A stretch of 49,180 bases of DNA, the filler included, from Bipalium vagum (Eukaryota): assembly GCA_037834085.1 (NCBI GenBank). It is 2 parts of 2 records of this genome, joined end to end, with 100 filler letters (N's around TTAATTAATTAA, not from the genome) between each part and the next. Parts side by side here need not be neighbours in the genome. Positions count along the whole stretch, not along the records: positions 1 to 26,509 come from JBBMKC010139478.1; 1 more part is not named here. One strand, given 5' to 3'. A model generated the notes under the pieces. That model had not been told where the DNA came from. It worked only from the letters and a program-made list of their open reading frames with translations, and made no database searches. A program made the translations under genes and the position numbers. How positions within the stretch are numbered: the first letter of the stretch is position 1; the number at the start of each line of letters is the position of its first letter. Below are positions 1-14,100 of the stretch, one piece after another.

Positions 1-73
1 AATAAAATAGATTCAGAAAAATTTGTTAAAAAGCGTTTTTTTGGAAAATAAGAGATTATTGTTCACTAAACAA

Positions 74-1023
74 TATTGGGGTTTTCAAAATAAAAAAAAA
101 TTTTTTTAGAAAATTTAAATTTATAGAATAAAAAAATGAAGTCAATAAAGTATATATTCTCCATTTTATCAGCAACTACTTCCCAACGTTTGATTAAACT
201 TTCAGTACCATTGCCATAACAGGGACTAAGGTTTTCATTACAGAATTGAAACCGGACAGTTTCGATATTATGAATTCTTTCAAACATCTTTCCACGAAGG
301 AATTGTTGTAAAGATCAGAACAAATAATAAACTAAAAAGGTAATGTCTGCATTATATGGGGGCTAAGACATTATTTCCCTTTGAAAGGGTTTCAGCTTTT
401 GCTGCTTCACTTTTGCAGTGTGTGACCTAAACCGGTTGTGATGAAAAATTATTTTTTTCTGCTGATCAATACAGAACGTTTCACAATTAATGCCTCTATC
501 AAACGGTCAAAACCCAAACACCGCACATATTGCTTTTATCCATCTCTTTTATGTGGTTCCATACCATGCTGACACTACAGTATAATAGAATAGACAATTC
601 TTCTAATGTTTGTCTAGGATCTGTTTCGATGATAGTCTTTAACTTATCATTATTCACCACAGATTGTCAATGCCCTCGTGCTTCGTTTTCTAAACTGAGA
701 CTGCCATTTTTGGCATTTACAAACATCAAGCATTTCACCGTAAACATCGTTGATATTTTTTTTTGGCAACGGTGACAAATGATCCCCATTTAAAATCATA
801 TAACATACAATGCCGAATATGAGCGTCATTTTGGAAATTTTCATTCATTTCTAAATACTTTAAATAAATTTAATACAACAATTTCTTTTATACTTCATAT
901 CCACCTTTGATTTTAAATTGAATTTAGAAATTTTGCTTATTGTGGATGATATAAACAATGTTAATTGGATTGGATAATTAAATTTTATTAAAAAAAACGA
1001 ACTTTCAGTGTGAAAACCATAAT
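74..1023 (-). mobile_element. Degenerate, internally deleted mariner (DD34D) transposon
   Basis: Minus-strand fragments: N-terminal HTH 'HIRHCMLYDFK...KNINDVYGEMLDV' and 'KTIIETDPRQTLEELS' (about 545-845); C-terminal 'SHTAKVKQQKL...PPYNAD...YYLF*SLQQFLRGKMF...LIKRWEVV' (about 150-445). Stops and frameshifts present; catalytic middle missing. Weak TIRs: tattggggttttca at 74, and revcomp tattatggttttca near 1023. Confidence 0.75.
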
Positions 1024-1173
1024 ATGTACACATATTTTCTCCAGTTTGAGGGGTTGAATTATGGAATTTTATCTCCTAGTAATAAAGAAAACCGATCTCC
1101 GAAAAATAAAATTATTATTGAAAATTGTTAATAGTTTAAACAAAGGTTGAATAAAATTTTTAGTAAAAATTAC

Positions 1174-4100
1174 CCATTGAGATTCGGGCAAATCAGGATA
1201 ACCAATCTTCATTTTTCCATTATTATCCATCCAAAAGATTAATTGTATACCTGATTGGGACATAAATTTGTGGATTGAATTTTTCTTAAAATATCCAATA
1301 TCACCGCCCCAAAGATAAAGAGGTACGGTATGAAGTAAGAGAAACTAAAAATTATTATAAAAACAATAAAGTAACTTGAGAAAATACATTTTTCGTTCCC
1401 GTTTCATTATATTCAGCAATAAGTTCTTTAACTTTTCCGGTAGTCGAATTTTTCAAACCATCATCTAATGTAGCCAGAAAAAGATTTAGAGGCTTTCGTG
1501 GACCAAATTCAGCTGTGTTGAATTTTGTTTTTTCAATTTGACCGGAATTGATTCTATTAACAGGAATTATTTNNNNNNNNNNNNNNNNNNNNNNNNNNNN
1601 NNNNNNNNNNNNNNNNNNNNNNNNNNNNNNNNNNNNNNNNNNNNNNNNNNNNNNNNNNNNNNNNNNNNNNNNNNNNNNNNNNNNNNNNNNNNNNNNNNNN
1701 NNNNNNNNNNNNNNNNNNNNNNNNNNNNNNNNNNTGGAGAAAAGTGAACTCACAAAAAAGGCGTCTTTGGCAATAATTTCAATAATTTTAAGAAAACTTA
1801 TAAAGGGATATAAACAAAATATCAAAGTTGATATGGTTTGAATTTGATAATTTTTAATGAAAAAGAGAGATACTTATCTCATCCCTGGTTTCACAAAATT
1901 ATCTTTTACATACCTAAGTAAACATAAAATAGGATCACCGAAAAGAAAGAAAAATCAAAAAAGGATGAATTCAGAAATTTTAAAGATATATTTCTAAAAT
2001 GTCTGTATAGATAAAACATAACAGATCATTAGTTTTAATTATTTTTTGTTTTAATAGTCTTACAACAATTATTTTTAAAAATCCATATACCACTGTTTTC
2101 AACAAGATAAATCGATAAAATACATTGTTACAAATGATTGAAAGTATTTCATTACTTAAATACAGAAATAATTCGATTTCAATGATTATGGAGAATAAAA
2201 ATAACAAAATCTCCTCTTTTTATCCGGAAGGTAACAGTGTTACGAAAATACTGAGACTTTAATTAATTAAGAATACGTTTAATCTTTGAGAAACGATTCT
2301 AATCAATTAGAAGTAGAATTGAAAGTTTTCTTATCTCTTGCTTTCATCTGTTATCAATGCACCAAACACAATATTCTCAGTCATCTATTAAATAAAACAG
2401 ATTGCTTGAGGAGTTTGGTATTCAAGTTCTCAGCTGATGGATGAACTGCGATATTAAATTCATTTCTATTATTAAAATCGCTGCAATTTCCATTGTCTCA
2501 GCAAACTGCAGAATTAGACGATCAAATTTTATATATTTTTAATTTATTAGTTTTTAAATTTCTTGTTTTTTTCCAGTGTTTTTCAGAAAGACCTGGGTAT
2601 TTTCTAATCGAATAATAAAATAAAATAATGTAATATAATATAATATAAAATAAAATAAAATAAAATAAAATAATTTAAAATAATATAAAATAATATAATT
2701 TAATATAATATAAAATAATATTGTATAATATAATATAATATAATAATATATAAAAACAAATTTACTAGTAGGAGAATAATATTCAGCGAGTTATTTATGT
2801 ATTATAATAGTATTACTTGAGTTATATTCCTGGTTTGTCATTTGTAATAAGGATAAGTCAAGACCGAAGCAAAATAATATGTTTTAGTTATTCAAATTAA
2901 TTAAGCAAACTTTTTTTTTAAAAATGAATCTCACCTATTATTTCGTTATTATTTAAATTATTTACTTTATAAAAATTTATCAGCATTTATAATGCTCCTT
3001 TATTTACAATTGATGAATTACAATTTTAATTACAAATATTTAATAACCAATAAAAAGTATAGCTTATAAAAATTTAATAATAGTTATTTAGGTATGAGAT
3101 CTTTATTTAAAAATTTTCTCCAAACTAATTGTTCGAACCACTCCTTATAACGTGAATTTTTATTTTTAGGAATAATATATAACAAAATAATAACAAATAT
3201 TCAATGTTTCAAGCAGTCAAGAAACTGAACCACCATTTAAAGCCATCATTTGAGATATGATAATATTATCGTTTTGAATAATATTTACAAAAAATTATTA
3301 AAATTCACCTTTAGTATTAACAGCATCATTATATAATCTTTAATTGGATAAAATGAAAGACTTATGATTTTAAAATTTTGTTTTAAAGAAAGGCTCATGC
3401 TCTATGGGTTTATAGAAACAAAATGATAATCCAGAGCCATTCTAAACGTTGAAATGTTGTTTTGTTTTACTTTTTAAAACCATTGTTCCTGTTTTCTAAT
3501 ATATTATGTAGCTATAGAGTTAACTATAGAAGAAACTTTATTTAGTCTTATCATTAAAAGTATATAAAATCGAAGTTATAAAATCGCGAGAGAAACCAAA
3601 TGACACTCTACATTCAAAATAGATACAAAACTCGAAATGAAAACCACTTTAAAATTATGATCACTCGTGAAAAATAATTTTTTATCTGATAGATCAAATT
3701 TCATTGTTCAAGCTTTGGTAGTAAAACTACTCTCTAAGCATATTGGATTAGAGTGTTTCATATTTTTATTAAAACATGTTTTCCAAGTCCTCTAGCCGTT
3801 CTCTTTTTAGAGAAATCTTTTTCTGAAAGGAGACCAACACAAAAATAAGTTTTGAAAGAGCTGTTGAAGGTAAAACTCACTACATTGAGGCACTTTGAAA
3901 TATAGTATAAAAATAAGGGGGACTTAAAAATGTTACTGAACGTCATATTTACTATTGAGATTTATTGGATGTTTAAAACAAAAAGCTCTTGATGATGAAG
4001 AGGCACTGTAGACCTTCGTTGGGAGATTGATTCTCAGTCCCAGTTTCAAAACGAAAATCAGTCTTGTGAGAAATAAGGAGGCTTAAAGTACTTTTAATGG

Positions 4101-6235
4101 ATTTTCACAAATATTACTTTAGATTTGGATGTTCCTTTATAATGTCAGCCATAAACTTTTCCGGGATAACATTTATTTTTGAAATAGAATAAACTGAACC
4201 ATCTTTAACGGATGTTGACTTGAAACCTTGAACAGAGGAATAATGAAAATACATCTGAAATGTTTTCAATTAAAAATCGAAATGAAAAAAGAAATGTCAA
4301 CATCCGACTGATCTCTGTTCTTCAGGAAATAATTCACTTCATATAGTAAATCATTATTATTTGTCTTATAACCCTTTTGCTGATGCTTTAGTGTACGAAT
4401 GTTATTCAATTCAGGGTTTTGTTCAATAATATGGTATCGGGCTACCATACATCTGTATTCCTTGTCGGTTATAAATCTCTGATATTCAGCTTGGAATTGA
4501 TTGTAGTTCTTCCACCCTGGTAAAGGTGTTTACAAAGTAATAGGCAACTTGATACTTACATTCAAAAGATGAGTCTTGTGGTAAAAGAATTGTATACTTC
4601 TTATTGGGGTCCATTTTCAGGTCACAGTCTTTAATGTATTCAAAGTATTTTCTAGAGTTTGGAAATTTATTCGAAGCAAGCTCTGGATTCCGTAAAATAT
4701 CACTAAACGATCGAACTAAGACAAATTTTACATAAATCTTTGACGAAATCTTTTATCACCTGATAATGGTATTGTTGCTTTATCCAGGACATGGTAAACC
4801 CCATTGGTTGCCATATTGTCTTGGGATATAATTCTGCTTTTACTGCCGTCGGGACCGATTAGTGATCGAACTTCAGAATTACCTTCAGTTGAACATTCAA
4901 CATTAACATCCTCTCTATTGACAGATGATAGTTTTCTGACACTTTTGTAAAGGGCTGCAGAGCAATATATTTTTCTTATGATATGATTACGAACTATCGT
5001 TTCCAAATCTCTTCCCTGGTAATTTGATTTGACCTTTTCCCAATCTTCATTCTTGACAGGAAACACTGTATAGGATTCTCTAGAGTCAGCGTCTTTCAAC
5101 TTATTTTGCAAGTCTTCTGGAATGTCGTTTGCAAAAGAGGATATTTCTGGATCCGATTTCAGAGCTGCCAAAAGATTTTGTCTGTCATATGATGTTCCGG
5201 ATCGTGGTATCAAGGGCTAAAAATATTCAAGAAAAAACTCATTATTCACGTTACTTCAAGATATACCTTTCTAATGAAATGAATCACACTGTTTTTACAT
5301 TCGATGCCCGCCTGGGTTAATTCAACACAATCAATACAAATCACCTATAAAACAAACAATACAAAGACTGTTACTTTCGGAGGCGTCCGAAACTTACTCC
5401 AAATGAATATCTGGTGACTTTCAGTTTCTGATTTCTATGGTAAGAGACAAGTTCTTGGTTGTTGCGTAATTTCGATGCATAATGTCGACCTTTTACGATA
5501 TGATAAAAAACTGGATTATTACTGCTCGAACTGGACGAGTATAACTTTGAAACGTCATCTGATTGTGGTGCAAATATTGTGAAATCTTCAGTGGGGTTAT
5601 CAGTTAACATTTCAGCGTTTTTAATTAACTTCGTAAAAGCTTGAACCTCAGCTAAATAATATAAATATTGATAATCTTAGAAAATGAAAAATTGATCATA
5701 GATCCTGATACCAAGGTGATAGATAACTCAACATTTTATAATATAACAACAACAATATTAAAAAAGAATTGAATTACGAAATAAGCCCAGAACTGCTGGA
5801 CATGACTTCCACTGGGGTATAGTCTTTGCGCAAGGTTGATTTCCAAAAGAATTCAAATCAAAGACTGGAGGACCTACTTTTTGAAATCCAGAACAACAAC
5901 GATATGCAATGTCCCTATTTTAACTGTAATAAAATCAGTTTTATTCTAAGACCATACAGTGTTTTTCCGCATCTATTAAGTGCAAATGGATCACAAGTTG
6001 AATACAATGGTGTTCCATCGGCTAGTTTCCAATGAGCACAATATCGATATCTGAAAACGAGATTAAATGTTTACTGAGTAAATACCAACAAATTTCACCC
6101 GAAAGTATCTGGATCAGCAATCTTGGAATCCGATACTGAAGATCGATAAACATAGTTGTTTTGGGCAATGATTTTGCCAACAATTAAACTGAAAATAAGT
6201 ATAATAATACAAAAGAACTTATTCATGAATAACAT
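1174..6235 (-). CDS. Secreted EMI/Cys-rich + multi-FAS1 (fasciclin) protein, periostin/TGFBI-like; multi-exon, partial
   Basis: Manually spliced with consistent phases: exons 6235-6099 (signal peptide MLFMNKFFCIIILIFSLIVGKIIA), 6050-5958, 5914-5778 (YRCCSGF, EMI-like Cys cluster), 5651-5398 (FTIFAP), 5344-5267, 5216-4760 (YTVFP...ATNGVYHVLDK), 4715-4560 (YTILLP), 4516-about 4300, about 4254-4118; then past the N gap about 1572-1376 and 1344-1174 (LHTVPLYLWGGDIGYF). Some coding sequence is in the gap at 1573-1734. The terminal exon was not found and probably lies left of the window. Confidence 0.9.
1573..1734. other. Assembly gap (N run)
   Basis: Run of N interrupting a FAS1 exon. Confidence 0.99.
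2612..2752. repeat. Low-complexity (AATAA/ATAAT)n microsatellite
   Basis: Degenerate pentamer repeats taaaa/taata in the FAS1 intron. Confidence 0.85.
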
Positions 6236-9200
6236 TTGAGACGAGTAGGTATAAGATATAAGTACTGAACTGGTTTTAAACTTTACTCTTGTCTTGGAGT
6301 GAGTCTAAATTAGCGATCTTCAATTGTACTTTGACTTGTAATTGATTGAATGGTTATTAAGAGAACGTTGTGAACTTCAAGTTAAAAATTAAAAAATATC
6401 AAATATCTCAAAACTGTTAGCAAGCCGAAAATTCACCTTAAATTTTTAAATTTGTTTTACAAAATGTTACATTTATAAGATTGTGTATAAATTAAGTATT
6501 CGATTTTGGAGCTCAGCAATGTTAATTAAATGTATTCAATTGAAATTTTTCTAGGAAATAGAATTTTATAATTTAATTTAAGTATTTAGTTGTTTTAATA
6601 AGTAGAGTTGATTGACTTTAATTGCAGTAAATTCAAATTTTAACTGTTCTTCATTGAAGAATAAGTGAAAATGGTTTTACTGACAGCTAAAATGGAACAG
6701 TCACATTTGAAGATGGAAAAAATATGTAGAATAAGTCAGCACCTGAGGTAATACAAATTGCTGCTAAGGAAGTTGGATGCTGTTTTAAAGCTATATATAA
6801 TGTAGTACAAAAAGATAAGTAAATAAAAGAAAAATATTAAATTTTAACAAATAAATGTTACTGTGAAAAACATTTGCAGTTATATGTTGAATATATTTTC
6901 CTATGACATTTTAAAATGGGATACCTAATTTATATATTATTACAGTATAATGTGTTGGTAACGAACAGTTGAGGCAATGTCTTTGTTTTGTTCGTTACTA
7001 CCAACGAACAAATATTTATGAACATGAAAATTTTTTTATAATCAAGAAATCACTCATACTCAGTTGTTTCTGTTTTCTTATTTTGTAAATTTCGTCATGC
7101 AAAATCATAAGACTTAGTAATACTGTTATTTCCATTTTCCAGAAGTCAATCAACAATTTCATGGTATATGAATTTTTTTCTTTCGGCGTAATTAATCCTG
7201 TCCCAAAAGTTTACGATAAAATGTTCACTGATCTCAGTTCCAGGACTGATTTAACATAAGATATGCCTGAAAAATGTCTGGTCTTCGTATAGGTGTGAGA
7301 TGATTTATTAAGAAAGAAGTATTGTGTTACATATTTCCCTTTATTAACGACTTTCGTTTGTCATCATATTAAACAAAAATTTGATTCCTTTCTAAAAGAA
7401 AGAGTTAAATTTAGAAGGAAATTGTTTTAATAATCTTTTTGATCTTATATTCATTTAGAAATCTTTACCCATACAATTAGTGACAAAAATTGGATTAGAC
7501 GAAAAACTATTGGAATAATACTTTGAGTTTGTCGAGGGTGAGTATTTATCTCTCTATTATTTAAATTTTGTTTATGCGATTATTTGAAATCTGAGCAAAT
7601 CATTGTCCTAAGATAAAATGATAACTTTTCTGTAGAACTATACCTTGTTCTATTTCTTCAAGCTATAATTTATTTTAACCAATTGTTAAAATTGTTTATC
7701 TGAATTGGCGGTTTCCATAATATTAATTATGCCAAATAAATATCGTGTTCCTCTAGAGACACAACATAACCATATTTTCCATTTTCCTGCTAATAGGTTT
7801 TCCAAGTCATTGTCCTCAAACGGTGATTGAGTTCAATATATTCTCCCAACAAATGTGAACTTTATAACTTTAAGAAAAATGATTGAATAATAATCATACC
7901 AAAAGTAACTAACATTTATAAAAAAACGTTTCTTTTTGGCTTCTCTATAAAAATGATAAATAAATTTTACATTTATTTTTAGTTTTTAAAAAAGAATTTT
8001 TATATTTTTTCATTACCTTCATCACCTGTATGTGCTCTTGAAGATAGAAGCCAATAATTATATAAAATATTAAAAACACTTTTTTTTAATTATTCATTTT
8101 TACATATAATCTTGAATTTATTTTTTCTGATTTTCCGATTTATTTCTACATTTATTTCGTTTGAAAATAATGTCAATTTCTTTTCAGAAGAAGGTTGAAA
8201 TAATGATTTAGTGAACTTTAAAATTCAGCTTTTTTGGGATTTTGGAAAATTATATTAAGTCAAGGACGTTATCTGATTTTTTGTATAATAAATTGGAAGA
8301 AGGATAAAAAAGAAAAAACCTTAGGATATGTTGATTTGTAAGTAAGAAATGATAATCCTTGTGCCATTAATATTTGGTATATCTGTGGTAATTATTGAAG
8401 CAGGAAACACCTTCACGAAGAAAATCATAATTCAAAGATAATATTTAACTAGAATTTTTCCTTATTTTGTTTTTTTGTTATTTTCTTTGAAATATGTATT
8501 TTTATAAATATTCACTCTTAATAAAACCTTATCAATTATAATTTAAATATAAAATAAAGTATAAAGTTTTTATTATTACTCAAACAAAAATAATTTAATT
8601 ATAATTATAATCATTTTTCAATGGAAATTTTTGATGATTAATTATCAATATTTAGCTTTCGGTTATCTTCAGTCCTGATATCATAATTCCCCGAAAATTG
8701 TTAAAGGATTTTTGATTATTATGGATATCTAGATACTTCAATATTTGAATAATATCAAAAACCAGTAATAATAGAATAAACTGAACTTTAATGTGTTTTT
8801 GAAACTTACTATGATTAGTTTTTCATTAATTATATAAGATTAAAGCTATTGTTGTTTTTTATTCACAAAACCAATCATTTTGATGTCATTCAAATAAAAT
8901 ATGAGAGATATTGGAACATAAAAATTATCAAATTCCTCTTTAAAACTTATAATTGAATGACATTTATTATTCTGAGATTTTTATTGAAAAATACAGAAAC
9001 CCATGCGTAAATTTAAGTGGACCAAAAATATATTAGCAAAGATTAAAAAATTGGTCATTAATTTATACATGATAAATATTATATCGATTTTATTTAAAAA
9101 GTAATTTTTAAGAATTTTATGGAAATGTAAATTAAATGTTTTTGTTTTACTACTCCAATAATTACTAGTAATGATAATTCAAAGATTTAATTTTCAAATG

Positions 9201-9238
9201 AATGTAATTAATTTACAATTATGGTTTAGTAAATAAAA

Positions 9239-11079
9239 ATGAATTTTAAAGTCGCTAATCGATACCGAATAGACAAGATTATCGGTAGAGGTTCATTTGG
9301 CCAAATTTATATAGGTAAGTCAAGAAAGGGTTACAGATTGTCATTAAAATAATTCACCAAAGGACATGATATTGTTAAAAATGAGGAAGTGGCCATTAAA
9401 ATTGAATGCAAAAATTTAAGCTTCCATCAACTGGAAAATGAAGGAAGGGTTTATGAGAAAATCAAGAGCAAATCAAGTAAGTAAACCATAAAATAAAATA
9501 AATCGAAAGAACTTTGTTATCAGTCGGAATTCCAAAAATCAAATGTTTTACCATTCAAAACGACTACAAAATCTTGGTCATGGAATTACTGGGACCGAAT
9601 TTGGCGGATCTGCATGATTATTGCAAGAGAAGATTCTCTTTGGAAACCGTATTGATTCTGACCCGGCAAATGATAGATCTCATCGAATATGTACATCAAA
9701 AGGGATACATACATCGGTAATACGTCCGTGCACAAGGCGAACTGAATTGGGTTTAGGGACATCAAACCGTCTAATTTTGCAATGGGCCTCGGAAAGGAAG
9801 CAGGGAAGGTGTACTTGATTGATTTTGGACTGGCCAGGCCTTATATTGATCTCAACAATGGTAAACACAAGATGTTGAGTAAGAAGCAGTATATGGTCGG
9901 TACGCTGAGATTTTGCAGTATTAGTGGTCAGCTTGGTTACAGTAATAGCATTGATTATGATCATAACGGTTGGGGGGTATATCTGTTCAAGTCTCGATTG
10001 TTTAATTTGAAAATTTTAAAAGACACACCTACAAGGAGTTATTGCCTAATCAGAGGAATTTTTAATAATAATTCAATAAATAATTTAAGTTAATAAAACT
10101 GAATTTTAAATAAAATTTTAATTCTGAATTCTTTTCAAATACTCACTGCTAGTTGAAAATTATTCGGAGATACCGGGATTCGAACCCGGGACCTTCACAT
10201 GCACTGCTCTGACCCCTGTAAAATTTGATATTTTAAATTTTAATATAATCAAAAGTATTTTAAATTACATGTTAAAATTTGGTTGAACTTCGATATCACT
10301 GTAGGTCTTTTGCCAAGGTTAATTTAATTATTATAAATTTAATATTTTTTTTCTTAAAAAATTTTTTTTGAATCCAGACTTACGAATTGTTTTTTTAAAT
10401 TATTGGAGCGTTTAACTTTAAATAATATACAACATAGTTACAAAATTAATGCTAAAAATTAATATTACTTTGAAATTAAATTATTCATTTAAAACAAAAA
10501 CAACGTGATGATTCAGATTCTTTGTGGTACAAAATCAATTGGAGGTATCAGACCTCACATAAATTCTTTTTCATTGAAAGGTAAATTATAAAAACCTTAC
10601 TGAAAATTGCTTTCATTCTTAATAATTTGTGTAAAACACTTTTATCGATCTTTTGATAAAGCAAGTTTCCAGTTATTCGTATTTAAAAATTATTCTAAAA
10701 TTAGTATTACTGTAGTAATATTCCTGAGAAATGGTGTCATAGCTCAGTTTAGATATTACTTATTCCTTCCATAAAATAAAATCTCAATTTCTTTATTTAT
10801 ATTTATTAGTAAAGACGAATAATTTTTATTTATTAATCAAATATCAAACTTTAAAACAATTTGAACACAATGGTTATAAAATTCTGAAAATTTAAATATT
10901 TAAAAATTTAGTATTTACAAAAACGATTGAGATTCTTTAGACAAACAAATATTTTTTATTCATACAATAAAATTAAATGCTCACAACAAGAATTTTCAAT
11001 TTTTAAAAAAAATATTTATTGATTTAATTTTCTTTTTAAACGCTTATCAAACTTTTCGGGTCATGTTTTTTTGATCGAT

Positions 11080-11110
<31 letters not shown>

Positions 11111-14100
11111 CTCAATTTTTCCATGTTGATAATGAGCAAATGGATATTAAATTAATAAACAGTGTAGTGATTGGTGTTTCATCCGATGCAATTATCCTTT
11201 TAAGAAAAAAACAGTCTGTTGTTACTATCAGGTAATTTAAAATATTAATCATTTTAGATAAATGCGGTGATTGTCGCACGATATTCAAGGAATGTATATA
11301 AAAAATAAACACACATTGTGTTTCATGGCGCTGCTACATGAAAAATTGCATAAATTACAATAGATATTTTTCTATTAGAAAAAATCCATTTTTTGAGAAA
11401 TTCAAAATACCTCTAAATAAATGTATATATTTATTACATTCATGAGCCCTTTCATTTTATTATTAAAAATATACATATTATATAAGTTTTGATTTTAAAA
11501 TTAAAATCTCTCCATCTATAAAAATAATTCCTGAAAATTATAACTGTTAATAAATTGGTAACAAAATGAAAGCATGGCAATCAATTAATACATCAAGCTT
11601 TTACAGCACTTTGGTCTTAGCAAGGTAATCAGAAGTAATTTTCAAGGATTCATTCTTGCAAAGAAAATCGTAAGAAAATCTTTATAATTCTAAAGATCTT
11701 TCATTCTGTTTCGTGAAATTATAAAAGATTAACTTTGACTTGGTACTAATTGAGAAAATCATTACTCCTAGTCCGTATTCTACACAATGAAAATGTGTTT
11801 TAGATGATTTTTGTTCTCAGTAATTCTGGTTTTATCAGATGTAACTGATTATTAAATTATCTCAACAGAATAATAGCCAAGTTCCATACTTTGAATCAAA
11901 GTAAAAGGTTTGCGAGTTATAGTTTGATTTTTATAAATTGATCCAACATCCGTTTATTATCTTTGACGATTAATGGCGTTTTTTCTAAAGGGATGTGTGG
12001 CGTCATTTAGGTATTAAAAAGTCGAAAAGCCCTTGACGGACTTAGTATTTAATAACTGTGCATGGAGACATCAAATAACTGATAGAATTATGACACAACA
12101 CAACTGATTTAAAGTTTTAGTGAGATTGGTTTAATGTATTGACTTTTACTATAATTTTCCTTGATTTTGTAAAACTTTTACCTAAGTTATTCCCTTAGAA
12201 AACTTTTCAAAATAATTTATGTACGATCTACTTCCACAATTTCACAAACCTGTCGATATTACTATACCAGAATTAGCTGAACCCGGTCTATAAGCATTTT
12301 TTGAACTAATTTTAAATTTCTTCAAAATTCTATGACTTATGAATCGATTAAAATAGAATAAAGAAAAATATCTGAAATGATGACTGAAAAAAATGACTTC
12401 CATCTCTAATTCTTCTACATTTAAATAAAATCAATAGAGAAAATATTTTCAAGGTTTTATGGCATAAAAAAGACTTTCAATTGAGACAAACTTTAAGTTA
12501 CAATAAGATCATAAAAAGGACATTAAAAGTATTTATGAAGAATAATGATTTAAGTATTATGAATCAGCGAAACAAGTATCCAAACAAAATTTGCATCCAA
12601 AAAAGGTACTGGTAGCAGTTTGATGGTGTTGTACTTGCGTAATCCACTACAGCTTTCTTAAAAGTGATAAAACAATAACAAGTGATAAATACTGTACCGA
12701 AATAGACGAAATGCATGAAAAACGTCGTCAAAGTATACCAATACTAATGAACAGTAAATGCCAGATTTTATTGCACGACAAGGCAAGACTGCACATCTCA
12801 CAAATAACGCTGCAAAAGTTAAATCAGTTGCAATATGAAGTCCTAATACATCCACCTTATTCTCTGAACTTAACACCAACTGATTTCCATTTTTCAAGCA
12901 CCTGGAATTATTTACTCGTCAAAAGAACTTCGCTGAATATCATCTGGATTCATGAAAAGCGTAATGAAAAATAATGTTAACCAACAATATTTTTAAAGGG
13001 ATCTTCATTGAGCCAATCCTTGAATTAATTGTTCTGATTTTTTATAAAATCTTTAACTATGAAATTAAAAAAAATATTATTAAATACTTTTGACAATTGA
13101 ATTAAATTTGGTGAGGATAAGAATTAAATAATAAAAAAAAAAAGCACATTTTATAAAAATTCTGATTATATGAACAAACAACAAAAATCAGTTGCTTTTT
13201 TGATTAATTTTAAGTTTTATTTAATAAATTTTTTTAGATGTAAAATTTCGGTATAAATTAAAGAAATAATGATAATATTTTTTTATTGCTTAAATAAATT
13301 AAAATTTATTTTTTCAGTATGAAAAATTATTGTTATTAAAATTATTATTATTTTTTTGATTTATTGAAAAATGAAGGTCAGTCTAAATATAACATTTAAT
13401 TTTTTTGAGTGTGGAACCATACCTTGTGTTTATAATTTGATTAATTGATATTATCAAATGAAGTTATGATTTAGGCTATGGAAAAGTACCATTATATATT
13501 TTCCCTTAATCAATAATAATAATGATAATAATAACTAAATTGATATGATTTATTTTGAGTTTTAATTTTTTAATTTCTCTCTAAGCAGAATTATTTTGAT
13601 ATTATGTATCATTTTTATTTTCTATTAATATTATTGATTTAAATTTAAAAATCGATACAACAAAAATTTTAATAGATATAATTATCGTTTTTGTAAACTG
13701 TTTTATCATAATAAATTTTACTCAAATTAAAAAAATTTTAAATTTTTATTTGAAAAATAATTTATTTTTATTGTTTTTGTAACAAAAAATTTTTGCTCAA
13801 AAATATGCTATTAATTTATATGAAACATGGTACTGTTAACATGTCCTTCAACTACACATTAAATAATAAATAGAACAATTAGGTTTTTATGTATTAACTA
13901 AGCACAGTCGCGGTTATCTTTTACCTTCAATGGCTCGCATTTATACAGTTGTCCTTCTTCAGCACTTGATTACGGATTTGAAACATCTTTCTAAGAAATT
14001 TTCATCCTTTTAACATGAGACATTTTTCTAAATTTTCTTGTATATTATCATCTGTATAAGTTACATAAAATTGGATAACCAGGCGCAAGATCTAGCATAC

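Noticed and set aside
1355-1841. ORFs spanning the N gap
   Set aside because: Open only because of X residues; only the minus-strand part left of the gap is a real FAS1 exon.
3985-4075. C/D snoRNA or hammerhead in the FAS1 intron (TGATGA motif)
   Set aside because: Antisense to the host gene, with no convincing D box or terminal stem and no complete ribozyme core.
6941-7010. Hairpin GTTGGTAACGAACA...TGTTCGTTAC as a miRNA or terminator
   Set aside because: Follows TA-CAGTATAA and looks like subterminal repeats of a decayed pogo-type MITE.
7480-8345. Strong splice donors (GTGAGTA near 7539, GTAAGTA near 8337) as exons of another gene
   Set aside because: No coding frame; at most 5' UTR exons of CK1, which cannot be supported without RNA data.
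8650-8680. Minus-strand CTGAAGA-TAACC-GAAA hammerhead-like core
   Set aside because: No NUH site or stem I complement downstream.
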